Translations under genes and position numbers: made by a program
The notes under the pieces: model-generated
Seen by the model: the letters and a program-made list of their open reading frames with translations, nothing else
Told to the model about the DNA's origin: nothing
The model's database searches: none
Shown: positions 51,201 through 61,540 of the stretch, in pieces
Position numbering within the stretch: the first letter of the stretch is position 1
Layout: each line of letters begins with the position of its first letter
Assembly: GCF_010672745.1 (NCBI RefSeq)
Contig: NZ_JAAHFW010000035.1
Location: forward strand, 8,973-72,972
Origin: Okeania sp. SIO1F9
GTDB lineage: Bacteria; Cyanobacteriota; Cyanobacteriia; Cyanobacteriales; Microcoleaceae
DNA: 64,000 nucleotides
Direction: 5' to 3'

Positions 51201-52837
51201 TTATGGGCCAGCTTGAGCGATCGCCCGAATTGTCTCAGCCCCCAAAGCCTCCACTTTTTGCTGAAACTCAGTAGCAGTAATTTCAGCCATTTGCCTTGCC
51301 TTCTCAATCTCTAAATTATTCAGTGTCTGCTGATGGGCTAACTCAGTCTCCTGACGCGCCCTCAACTGAGCCATCTCAGCCTCATGGCGAATCCGTGCTG
51401 CTTCTACTTCCTGCTGCGCCAAATTCACCGCCAACTGGCCTTGAAAAGGAGATAACATATAAGCTTGAGGTCCATTGACTAATTTTAGTTCCCCACTTTG
51501 AACATCCCGTACATATATACCTTCATTTTTGTCTAGGGGAATAGCCTGAAGTTTTTCTAATACTTCTAATTCCACTGGGGGAATATAATCTCTTGGCCCA
51601 GTAATCATCCATAAATCTCCTGGTTGCCGAGTAATAACGTTTGCTCCTGTTCCCTCGGTGAAAGTTTCCTCAACTCTGATTAGGAGTGCTTCTTGTTCAC
51701 CAAGAATATAGACCTTTTTAATTCCTGTTTCTAAATCTTCTCCTGGGTGCAAAAAGAAAGATGTTCTGCCCTGACGCACTTCTTTCATACCCCACTGCGG
51801 TTTACCATCTGCATCTATGGGATTAGTTACTATGCACCATTCGCGATCGCTTAAAGTAGTGATTTTGACTTCTCCCACTACTTCTTCATAAACGTCGGGA
51901 ATATGAATTTCAGCATCTGCAAAAGTAACTAACTATTCATATCCCGCTTTGCGTTGCTGACCAAAAATATCAGTAAAAGTCCGTTTTGCTTTTAGATGTA
52001 GTGCTTGACGTTCGGTTAATACATAGGCATCAATAGTATCGACAATTTCTTCATCTACTCCAGGCAAATAAGCACCTTCTTCCCTGACCAACCATTATTC
52101 CCCAGTTCTACGTCTGTTACCTTGACGATCTATACAATTTTGTCGTGCCAGCAGTCGTAAGGCTTGGTTAGGTTTAATTATTTTAGCTATAACTGTGACT
52201 ACCACTTCAACTTCTACCCTGGGAGTGTAAGTTCCTGGCCCCTCAAATAACCATTCATCCCCTGTCGTACGAGTGACAGTTTGAGACTCTCCTGCAACGA
52301 TAACTGTATCAGTAAAATCTCGTATTGCTTTGAGACGTAGAGTTTGGTTTGTGTCAATTACTTGTAGTTGAGTTACATCTTCTTCGAGTATTTCTCCTGG
52401 ATATAGTGGGAAAGGGTCTTGAGCAAAGCGAATTTCCAGATCGCCATATTTGAGTCTAATTTAACCATACTCATCGGCCACAAGTTGATCTGAACTATAG
52501 CAATGTGCGCTGGCATATTTACACATTATTTTTTGTACACCTTTTCTAAAATGCACTTTGAACTGGGCCTTGTAAATACCTGAGCGCTCATTGCTATATT
52601 TCTTAGTACAGGGTTAGCTGCTACACAATAATGGCGAGGTGGAACTACAATTGTCAGTTGTGGTTGTCAGACTAACCTTTCTGCATCTCCAAGGGTAATG
52701 GTTTGAGGGCCTATTTCTAGTCTGATAACACCAGTGTTATTGTCAAGAACATGAATATACTGTTGTGGCTTCAGGAGAATTATACCATTGTTCTCTATTG
52801 TAATTGGATATTCTGTGGTACTTTTTATTTTACTCAT
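51201..52837 (-). pseudogene. Major Vault Protein (MVP) homologue, pseudogenised (in-frame TGA, TAA and TAG plus at least one frameshift). The shoulder domain is apparently absent.
   Basis: Minus-strand translation from the ATG at 52837 reads 'MSKIKSTTEYPITIENNGIILLKPQQYIHVLDNNTGVIRLEIGPQTITLGDAERLV*QPQLTIVVPPRHYC...', followed by '[28 protein letters not shown]...[12 protein letters not shown]...[26 protein letters not shown]...ALHLKAKRTFTD...GYE*LVTFADAEIHIPDVYEEVVGEVKITTLSDREWCIVTNPIDADGKPQWGMKEVRQGRTSFFLHPGEDLETGIKKVYILGEQEALLIRV...QAIPLDKNEGIYVRDVQSG' and a coiled-coil cap-helix ending 'EALGAETIRAIAQAGP'. This closely matches vertebrate MVP ('[50 protein letters not shown]', '[29 protein letters not shown]', '[22 protein letters not shown]', '[22 protein letters not shown]', 'MTEAIGPSTIRDLAVAGP'). 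Confidence 0.7.
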
Positions 52838-52900
52838 AGTTTAATAGTTTTGTAACTAGAAATCTTAAGTTATTCATTATCCATTATTAATTATCTCTTA

Positions 52901-55279
52901 CTATCGTCGCCAAATTTTAATAGTTCTGTCTTTACTACCACTAGCAATACTATTACCATCAGGACTAAAAGTAACTGTATAAATCTCATCTTTATGCCCG
53001 GTCAAAGTACTAACTAATTCTCCTGTTTCTAAATCCCATATCTTAATATTATTATCCTTACTGCCACTAGCAATATATCGACCATCTTCGCTAATATCAA
53101 CAGATACAACTTCAGCAGTATGACCAAGAATAGTTTTGATTAATTCTCCTGTTTTTAAGCTCCAAATTTTAATAGTATTATCGTAACTCCCACTCACTAT
53201 TTTTTCCCCATCTGGACTAATATCAACAGACCTAATTACTCCTTCATGTCCAGTCAATGTATTAATTAATTCTCCAGTATATAAATCTTCAATTTTTATA
53301 GTTTGATCTGCACTACCACTAACCAATATTCTGCCGTCAGGACTAATAGCAATAGAATAAACTACATCTGAGTGATCGGGGAAATTAAAAATTAAGAAAC
53401 CTGTTTCTAAATCCCAAACTTTAACTGTTTTATCTCCACTAGCACTAGCAATTGTTTGATTATCAGAACTCATAGCAACTGACCAAACAGGTGCCCAATG
53501 TTCAAATACTCGAAATAATTCTCCTGTTTCCAAATTCCAGATCATTACTCTCCAATCATAAGTACCTACCACTAATTTAGTACCATTATTATTCAAAGCA
53601 ACTGACCAAATTGGAGAATCATCTGCAGCTAATGTGTTGATAATTTTTCCTGTAGGAACTTCTAAAATTTTTACTGTTGTATCTCTACTTCCAGTAACTA
53701 AATTTTCGCCATTATCACTAAATGCAAGAGCGCCTATAGAAGCATTAAACCTAGACAAATCTTCAACTTGATAATTCTGCCAATTTAGACCTTGTTGACA
53801 ATTTTGTAAAAGAGATTGAGCTTCAGCAAAAATGCTAGATTTTTCACTAATTAAAGTTCCTTGATTGATACATTCTTCATAGTTGCGCTCTATGTATAAG
53901 TTTTTTACAAAATTAAATTTTGCCGATTCTTGTTCTTGCTGTTGTAATACTTGTTGTTGACGTAATTGTAAATAATTTTGGAATTTAAGATATCTATATA
54001 TAGCAAAGATTATTACAATTAAGGTAGCGATAAATCCTAAAATCAACTGCCAGTTAAAAGATGATTGTTTGTTATTATTGCTAAATATTTTTTTAAATTT
54101 AGTAAGTAGAGATTTTGGTAAAACTCTGTTTTCTATTAATTCTATATCTTCTTGAGTTAGTCCTAAAATTTGCTGTAGACGCTCTAACTCCTGGCGAGTT
54201 TCTTGACTAAAAGGATATTCTTCCTGAATCGCAGCTTTTAATGTTTCTTCATATCTTTCTCCTTTCATCCGATATTTACGGTAAGGATTTAATACTTCAT
54301 CCTCAATTATTTCCGTTTCTTCCCGGGAGAGTTCTAAACTTTCTCTAAGTTCATCTAAAATTCTTCTCCCGACAATAGAAATATCTCCTCTATCGCTAGC
54401 TCGACGAATAACCTCTTCCCGATAAATTTCTTTATTATCTGTAGCGAAACTTGGAAACTCATTAATTTTTTTTAAATCTGCTATAACTTCTGCTGCTGAC
54501 TGGTAACGTTCGTGAAAGTTATAGCGCACCATTTTATCTAAAATATCTGCTAGAGAAGTAGAACAATTTGTTAGGTATCGCCAAAAAATCTCTTTTTTTT
54601 CACCATTTTCATTATCCTTTAGTTTCGATAATTCGCTGCTAGGCAATCCCGTAATTGCCTGAATGCCAATCATTCCTAAAGCATAAATATCACTATTTAA
54701 TTGGGGATTATATTCAAATTGTTCAATTGGCATATATTCCATTGTGCCAATCCTAGCTGTAGGATTTTGCTGACCAATATTAATTTCTTTAACAGCTCCA
54801 AAATCAATTAATACTAATTGATTATCCGATTTTCTTCTAATTAAATTAGCAGGCTTAATATCTCGATGAATAACACTATTTTCATGCACAAATACTAAAA
54901 TTTCTAATACTTCATTGATAATTAAAATTACTTGTTTTTCAGATAGGGGTTTACCAGGTAATATTTCATTGTCTAAAGATTGACCAGGAATAAAAGATTG
55001 AACTAGAAAAAACTCTCGATCTTCTTCAAAATATGCAAGTAGTTTAGGAATTCGATCATGTTGAGAAAGCTTTTCTAGCATCTGTGCTTCTTTTTGAAAT
55101 CGATCGCGAACGATATTAATTAATCTTCGATCATAAATACTTGGTTGTAGATGCTTAATAAAACATTGTGCTTCTCCAGGACGACGAATGTCTAAGGCCA
55201 GATAAGCATGGCCAATTTCCCCTGATTCAATAATTTTAATAATTTGATAGCGTCCATCTAAAATATTACCAATCATCAT
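52901..55279 (-). CDS. Ser/Thr protein kinase with a central transmembrane/coiled-coil region and C-terminal WD40 repeats
   Basis: Kinase subdomains 'HRDIKPANL', 'DFGAVK' and 'GTMEYMPIEQ'. The transmembrane helix is 'LILGFIATLIVIIFAIY'. About 8 WD repeats ('GH...V.SV..S.DG..I.SGS.D.TIKIW'). Confidence 0.85.
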   Translation of the reverse strand: MMIGNILDGRYQIIKIIESGEIGHAYLALDIRRPGEAQCFIKHLQPSIYDRRLINIVRDRFQKEAQMLEKLSQHDRIPKLLAYFEEDREFFLVQSFIPGQSLDNEILPGKPLSEKQVILIINEVLEILVFVHENSVIHRDIKPANLIRRKSDNQLVLIDFGAVKEINIGQQNPTARIGTMEYMPIEQFEYNPQLNSDIYALGMIGIQAITGLPSSELSKLKDNENGEKKEIFWRYLTNCSTSLADILDKMVRYNFHERYQSAAEVIADLKKINEFPSFATDNKEIYREEVIRRASDRGDISIVGRRILDELRESLELSREETEIIEDEVLNPYRKYRMKGERYEETLKAAIQEEYPFSQETRQELERLQQILGLTQEDIELIENRVLPKSLLTKFKKIFSNNNKQSSFNWQLILGFIATLIVIIFAIYRYLKFQNYLQLRQQQVLQQQEQESAKFNFVKNLYIERNYEECINQGTLISEKSSIFAEAQSLLQNCQQGLNWQNYQVEDLSRFNASIGALAFSDNGENLVTGSRDTTVKILEVPTGKIINTLAADDSPIWSVALNNNGTKLVVGTYDWRVMIWNLETGELFRVFEHWAPVWSVAMSSDNQTIASASGDKTVKVWDLETGFLIFNFPDHSDVVYSIAISPDGRILVSGSADQTIKIEDLYTGELINTLTGHEGVIRSVDISPDGEKIVSGSYDNTIKIWSLKTGELIKTILGHTAEVVSVDISEDGRYIASGSKDNNIKIWDLETGELVSTLTGHKDEIYTVTFSPDGNSIASGSKDRTIKIWRR

Positions 55280-55591
55280 TATTGTGGTAGAGCCTTTTTT
55301 AGTTGATTATGGCATGAAACAATTTACTCATTTTGACATCTACAATTATAAAAAAAATAGTTTTAATTAAGAATATTTTCCTGATTCCAAAACTGAAAAT
55401 TAGAAGTTTAATTGTAACCCTTAATCATTAATTGATAGAGATATGTTACTCCAGAACACAAATTAATTCTGATAAAAAGTGTAATATAGAAACCAAAATA
55501 ATAATTTTGGCCACTCAAAACAAAAGCACAATTTTAACAGTGCTATCATAGACAGAAGCAAAGCTAAAATCAGGTATAGGGAGTTAAGTGG

Positions 55592-56041
55592 ATGAGCCAT
55601 GAAATAATAGCAATTAGGAGACCTGTTAGACCAAAACAGCCTATTGAGCCAAATTCTCCAAAGGAGGCGCTTCACGAACAAATTGAGTCAAAAGTAGAAA
55701 AACCAAATTCAATAAAAAATAGCCCCTCATCAAGAACAGAAGGTACGAATGAAAGGCAATTAGGAAAACCAATAAGTAAATCAGAAAGACCCAAAAAACC
55801 AGGAAAACCAAAGCTAAAAGAATCTATCCAACAAGTCACCAATGCTAACGGAAAAGTTTTTAGTTCGGGGGATAAGATTTTAGTATCAGCACCCTGGAGT
55901 AGTATTGTAGAAGCTGAAATTACGGGTTTTTATAAAAGTCCTGGAGGTTCAATCTGGGCAATTTTTCTTCCCCAAGAATCTCTACCTAAGTGGAAGTGGG
56001 AAAAAGGTTGCATCCGAGCTGAATTATTAAAACAAGCATAA
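55592..56041 (+). CDS. Hypothetical protein (Lys/Pro-rich N-terminal half, small C-terminal beta domain)
   Basis: ORF only. No recognisable family. Confidence 0.35.
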   Translation: MSHEIIAIRRPVRPKQPIEPNSPKEALHEQIESKVEKPNSIKNSPSSRTEGTNERQLGKPISKSERPKKPGKPKLKESIQQVTNANGKVFSSGDKILVSAPWSSIVEAEITGFYKSPGGSIWAIFLPQESLPKWKWEKGCIRAELLKQA

Positions 56042-57004
56042 TTAAGGCAAAAAAAATCTTAAATTCAGGATAATTTAGCATCTAAAAAAAATCCTAAAAA
56101 ATATAACAGGATGATTTGGGTTGTGTAGAAAATATCCTGAATCAAATTAAGAGGAAACAGGGAAAAAATATCCTGAATAAAGGGAGGGGGGAGAGGATAT
56201 ATTTTAAACTTTTCTCCTGTTCCATAAATATTTAATCAAACTTGATATAACTGATACTAAATCTGATTTAGATAGGTTACTTGTTAAGGTAGTAAATATT
56301 TATCCAAATGGTTAAATTCAAACAAATCAATTTCTTAAAGTGCTGAAAGTGTTAGTTTTTCAGGAGTTAATTCTTGAGCAAATTGGAAAACAAAATTTTC
56401 TTGCTGTTTAGTTTCTATTGTGTATTGAAGAGTTTCTCTGACCTTAGCGATCGCCTCACTATCAGTTCCGGTGCTCCCTACTCCCTCTCTTGGTGAGCGT
56501 TCCTTGCCTTGGTCGATTGGATATGGCGTTAGCGCAACGGATCTGCCAGAGCGGGTTTCCTCGCCATTTCACCCTACGGGAAGCTCCAAAGATCGACCGC
56601 TTGCGTCTGTCGCACCCCGCGGGGTCGCACCGCTGCTCCCTACTCCCTAAATTTTTGATTGTGGTTATTCAAACAGACATGATATAATAGTAAAAATCCT
56701 TAAAAAAAATTTAGAGACGCGATCGCCCACATCTCTAAAATTACTATTCGACTATTTCAGCCAGAATTGATATCCTCTCGACGTTGCGCTTAGGCGACAA
56801 CGTGGGATTCCTAACCATCACTGATTAGGTTTTTCTGTTCCCTCTTGCCTCCTCCGGAGGAGCTGCGCTAACAGAGGATCTGCCTCCGAGGTCTTTCCCT
56901 CTTTTTGGTCTTAAGGTCGCTCCACAGTACGTCACCAATCCGATGGCTCCCCTAGACACTGCTAGCCCAGCAGCCTCAATTTAAGTATTATAGCACATGG
57001 TTTG

Positions 57005-57031
57005 AAAAAAAAACCAATCAATATTGGTTTT
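57005..57031 (-). terminator. Rho-independent terminator of the DEAD-box helicase gene
   Basis: Minus-strand stem AACCAAT/ATTGGTT with a 4-nt loop followed by U9. A GC clamp hairpin CCCGCCCTCAGGAGAGTGCGGG lies just upstream at 57043-57064. Confidence 0.4.
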
Positions 57032-57093
57032 CCCATAGGATTATCCCGCACTCTCCTGAGGGCGGGTCTTCAACCAACGTTGAAATAAGTAAC

Positions 57094-58578
57094 TTAATTA
57101 TTGCGTGACACAGAAGCCTCTTCTACAAAATTGTCACCATCTCTCCTCTGATTTTTAGGAGAAGGTTTTTGATGACGAATCTTCGGTGAGCGTGGCTTTG
57201 GCTTTGGCTTCGGAGTTTCATAGACAGGGATTTCTTCCTCCTGAGCATAATCAGGCCCCATCCAAGCAGGACGAGTTTCATCATAAGCTATCTGTAAAGC
57301 TGCTGCAGCGATCGCATGGGGGTCATACTCTTCACCCAACTGAGCAATCAATGGTAAGAAAGAAGCCATTCGTTCCCCACTCAGAGCATCTCGTACCTTA
57401 TTCTGTAACTTCTGCAACTGTCGGGCTTCAATTTGAGACCGCTTAGGAATCGAGCGAGTATCCAAACGTTGACGTAGATGACGTTCTATCAACCGTAACT
57501 TCCGCTTATCTAAAGGATTAATTAACGAAATCGCTGTACCTTCACGACCTGCACGACCTGTACGACCAATACGGTGAACATAATTTTCCACACTATCAGG
57601 TAAATCGTAGTTAATCACATGAGTTAAGTGGTCCACATCTAAACCACGAGCTGCAATATCAGTTGCCACTACCCAACGTACTTGTTGATTACGAAAGCGA
57701 CTTAGCAACCGTTCTCGTTGGGATTGATTCAAGTTACCATGATATTCATCAACACTATGACCTGCTGACTGTAATTGGTTTGTTAGTTCAGCCGCTGCTT
57801 GCCTTGTCCGCACAAATATCAAAGCTGCTTCTGGGTCTTCGAGTTCTAGAACTGGCTGTAAGGCTTTAGCTTTCGGCCAACCACGAGGCACCATGTAAGC
57901 AATCTGAGAAATTCGCTTCGGAGTTGTCTTTTGTTGAGCAACTTTGACTGTTACTGGCGATCGCAAATATTTATTCACCAGTTTCTTGATTGAGTAGTCC
58001 ATGGTAGCAGAGAAGAAAGCTGTTTGATGTTCAGTGGGTGCTGCATCCAAAATTCTTTCTACATCCTGAATAAAACCCATACTCAACATTTCGTCAGCTT
58101 CGTCTAAAACCATCATTTTCAAACTATCTAGTTTTAAACTATTGCGACTCAGCATATCCAGAATCCGTCCTGGCGTTCCAACTACGATATGAACACCTCT
58201 TTGAAGGCGCTGAATCTGACGTTCAATAGATTGACCGCCATAAACAGTTAAGACCTGTAATCGATGTTTCGTTGGACTCTTGTTATCCAAACCAGCAATT
58301 TGACGAATCGCTTCTGTAACTTGCAGCGCTAACTCACGAGTGGGAGTCAAAATCAAAGCTTGAACTGCCTTTGTCTCCAGCTCAATTCTCTCCAATATGG
58401 GTAACGAAAACGCTGCGGTTTTACCTGTTCCTGTTTGGGCTTGACCTACAATATCGGTTCCTGCCAGCAAATGAGGTATTGCTTGGACTTGAATCGGAGT
58501 AGGTTCAGTAAAACCAATTGTTTCCAGATGATTTACACGCTCTTGTGAAATTCCTAAATTTGCAAACGATAAATCCAT
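57094..58578 (-). CDS. crhR: DEAD-box ATP-dependent RNA helicase (CrhR/CrhC-like)
   Basis: Q-motif 'TEPTPIQ', Walker A 'AQTGTGKT', 'DEAD', 'SAT' and 'HRIGRTGRAG'. A basic C-terminal tail. Confidence 0.85.
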   Translation of the reverse strand: MDLSFANLGISQERVNHLETIGFTEPTPIQVQAIPHLLAGTDIVGQAQTGTGKTAAFSLPILERIELETKAVQALILTPTRELALQVTEAIRQIAGLDNKSPTKHRLQVLTVYGGQSIERQIQRLQRGVHIVVGTPGRILDMLSRNSLKLDSLKMMVLDEADEMLSMGFIQDVERILDAAPTEHQTAFFSATMDYSIKKLVNKYLRSPVTVKVAQQKTTPKRISQIAYMVPRGWPKAKALQPVLELEDPEAALIFVRTRQAAAELTNQLQSAGHSVDEYHGNLNQSQRERLLSRFRNQQVRWVVATDIAARGLDVDHLTHVINYDLPDSVENYVHRIGRTGRAGREGTAISLINPLDKRKLRLIERHLRQRLDTRSIPKRSQIEARQLQKLQNKVRDALSGERMASFLPLIAQLGEEYDPHAIAAAALQIAYDETRPAWMGPDYAQEEEIPVYETPKPKPKPRSPKIRHQKPSPKNQRRDGDNFVEEASVSRNN

Positions 58579-58867
58579 TCATTCTCCTAAGTAAATTATT
58601 TTACATCTGGTTTTGTTACCCAACTTGGAGGCAGATTTATGCTCAACTATAGCTGCTTATCAGCCCTTGCTCACGATAAACCTGTAGTTATTTGGTAGGG
58701 CAGTATGCCTTTGCCAATCACAGTTTCTACTAAATCTACTAAACTGATAGCTAACATTTTAGTAGTGTCTGTATGTTCTCAACGGCTAGGTTTTAACCTG
58801 AAGATCGACGACAGAATTAAAGGCAAAATGCCTGTTCCTTTTCTCTCTAGTTGGGTATAGTGAAGTA

Positions 58868-58990
58868 CCTGCTCTATAAAACTGATACAAAGCGTCACAT
58901 AAAGTGACAAATTGACGTTTACTTCTTGCTTCAACTGAGGCCGTCGGCGGTTACTCATCCACAAGCATTTACGGTCGAGCCGACCGCATA
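58868..58990 (+). repeat. Second copy of the ~125-bp dispersed repeat seen at 30950-31075
   Basis: ~90% identity over ~120 bp. The ORFs overlapping either copy (31037..31288 +, 58779..59057 -) are on different strands and are probably spurious. Confidence 0.65.
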
Positions 58991-59904
58991 TCTCAAATTT
59001 ATACTGGCGTTTAAATCTCCTCAAAAGGAGAATCAGCGCAGCCACCCTGCTTCTCAAGGCGGATAAATTCTGATTTTTTTTGTAGAGGCTTTCCGATTTT
59101 ACAGGCAGACAAACATGAACATTATTAAGTTATGTAGTTTGTCTGATTACCTGAACTACCGCTAGTAGATATAATAGAAAATTTATATTGTTTCTACGAC
59201 CTTTTAAGTAAGTCAGGTAGGTTATCAACCACTACAATATAAAGATATAGAAATTACTACTGTCTCACACATATCAATCTCAGGAATTTTAAGCCCCTGC
59301 GATTAAGTTTCCTTTCGTCTCACTCCTAAACCTACGGCCATAGAGAGGAATTTCCTAGAGGGTCTGTTGAGAAAGGTTAGAGCCAATATTTGGCTATCGT
59401 TAAGCTGTTGTATATATCAAGTTTCCGTTGGACAAAGGAAGAAAAAATGACCTTAATTTTGAGGTTTTCCATGTCCCAGCGTATCTACCTACATTACCGT
59501 AGGTATTTTATGATACTTAACAGCTCCCTTTGGGTAGCTCGTCTTTATCTTCATAATGATTAACATAATAACAAATGACTTAACATTTGCCACATTTATT
59601 ACATATTTTCCTGGAATTAACTTAATTTTTTAGATTTTGTACATTGATGTAGAGGTTTTGGGACATTACACACTTTTTACAGAAGTTACTTAAAAGTGAT
59701 ACAGGCGTTACATGTAAAGTCTGTAAAGCAATCAAAGTTAAGAAGAATTTCTGATGTATATATTGTAATGTGTTAAGATTTTAAGTTGCGCAAGAAGCCC
59801 AGTATAGTTTATATCTTCATAAGTATCATTTAGTTGCAAGACTTTATGTGTCTAATGATGCTTTGGCAATCCCTAAAAATGTACCCTACACTTCAACTGA
59901 ATGA

Positions 59905-61236
59905 CTAATTGCTTGATTTACTCAAATCTACATAACCATACAAATCGTAAACATCTGCATCTGTAATCATCACTGGCACAATTGAACCCAAACGAGCTTT
60001 ACCTTGGAGATAAACAAGTCCATCCACTTCTGGAGAAAACCGTGGTGACCTACCAATCAACTCTCCTGTCTGAGGATTTTCCTGTTCAATCAGTACATCA
60101 ACTACTTGTCCCACTGATTTTTGATTCTGTTTTCCAGATATGGGCTGCTGGACTTGCATAATTTTTTCTCTACGGGTGTCCATCACTGCTTTGGGCAACT
60201 GATTAGGCAAACTATAGGCGGGGGTTCCTTCTTCTGGAGAGAAAGTAAATACCCCAACATGATCGAACTCGTGACGCTTGACAAATTTCACTAAATGTGC
60301 ATGATGATCTTCCGTTTCACCAGGGAAGCCCACTATAAAGGTTGTCCGCAACACGGCATTGGGCATAGCTGCTTTTATTTTTTCGATTATATCATCATTA
60401 ACCCGACCTTGCCAAGGTCTATTCATGGCCCGCAATATTTGGGGATGAGAATGTTGTAAAGGCAAGTCTAGATAGGGTAAAATATTGGGAGTTTCTTGAA
60501 TAGCAGCTATTACTTTGGGAGTCAAACCTGTAGGATAGGCATAGTGCATTCTAATCCAGGGTATATCAACTTTTCCTAGGGCGCGGAGAAGTTCGGCGAG
60601 TTTGGGTTCGCCATAAATATCGATTCCATAGTTAGTGGTTATTTGGGAGATGAGGATGATTTCTTTTACCCCTTGGTCTGCTAGTTGTTGAGCTTCAGTG
60701 ACAATAGATTCTATGGTGCGCGATCGCTGATTTCCTCGTAGATGAGGAATAATACAAAAAGCACAACGATAATCACAACCTTCAGCTATTCGCACATAAG
60801 CAACTCCTTCGGATGTGGTGCGGTAACGTGGGGTTGTTTCATCGGCAATATAGGTGGGTTGAGGGGAGACTTCTGTGACGCGATCGCCTTTTTCTACCCG
60901 TTGCATCACATCAACTATTTTATGATAATCACCAGTCCCCACAAGTGCTACTGCTTCTGGTAACTCTGCAAGTAATTCTTCTTGGAAGTGTTGCGCCATA
61001 CAACCTGCGATGACTATTTTTTTGTTAGCTTCTGCTAATTCTACCAAAGTACGAACAGATTCTTCTCTGGCAGTTTGAATAAAACTACAGGTGTTAACGA
61101 CTACATAATCTGCTAATTCTTCGTTAGCATCTACTTGATAACCCGCTTGTGCTAGTAAACCTATGATATGTTCGGTATCGATACGATTTTTTTCGCACCC
61201 TAAGTGAGAGAATGAAATGGTAGGTTTTGTAGACAT
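59905..61236 (-). CDS. rimO: Ribosomal protein S12 methylthiotransferase RimO (radical-SAM MTTase with a TRAM domain)
   Basis: The MTTase N-domain '[16 protein letters not shown]', the radical-SAM '[11 protein letters not shown]' and a C-terminal TRAM. The length and N-terminus fit RimO better than MiaB. Confidence 0.65.
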   Translation of the reverse strand: MSTKPTISFSHLGCEKNRIDTEHIIGLLAQAGYQVDANEELADYVVVNTCSFIQTAREESVRTLVELAEANKKIVIAGCMAQHFQEELLAELPEAVALVGTGDYHKIVDVMQRVEKGDRVTEVSPQPTYIADETTPRYRTTSEGVAYVRIAEGCDYRCAFCIIPHLRGNQRSRTIESIVTEAQQLADQGVKEIILISQITTNYGIDIYGEPKLAELLRALGKVDIPWIRMHYAYPTGLTPKVIAAIQETPNILPYLDLPLQHSHPQILRAMNRPWQGRVNDDIIEKIKAAMPNAVLRTTFIVGFPGETEDHHAHLVKFVKRHEFDHVGVFTFSPEEGTPAYSLPNQLPKAVMDTRREKIMQVQQPISGKQNQKSVGQVVDVLIEQENPQTGELIGRSPRFSPEVDGLVYLQGKARLGSIVPVMITDADVYDLYGYVDLSKSSN

Positions 61237-61315
61237 TTAGAGTTCTGAGTTATTAATTTTGATCGGGAATAGTCTTTATAATATAGCATATTACCTATGG
61301 CCAAATAAGGTATGG

Positions 61316-61428
61316 CAGTCGAAGGAAAGGGTGCGAACAGATCGAGAGCTTAAAACTCAGACAACACAATATTTTTTCTTTTTCCTTCTTCCTTCTTTAC
61401 TTCTTCCTTCTTCTTTCTGCTATAAAGC
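61316..61428 (+). repeat. Copy 4 of the GCAGTCGAAGGAAAGGG...AAAACTCAGACAACAC element with a long TTCCTTC tail, immediately 3' of the OmpA-like gene
   Basis: See 2966-3056. Confidence 0.6.
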
Positions 61429-61540
61429 AAGTCAAAGGTCTTAAACAGACAAAAACTGGCATTAAATCCTAGAATTTGGCATCTGCCAGTCGAAAAATAA
61501 GAGTTAAAAATTAATATTGATTTTGTGAAGAAGTTCAAAG

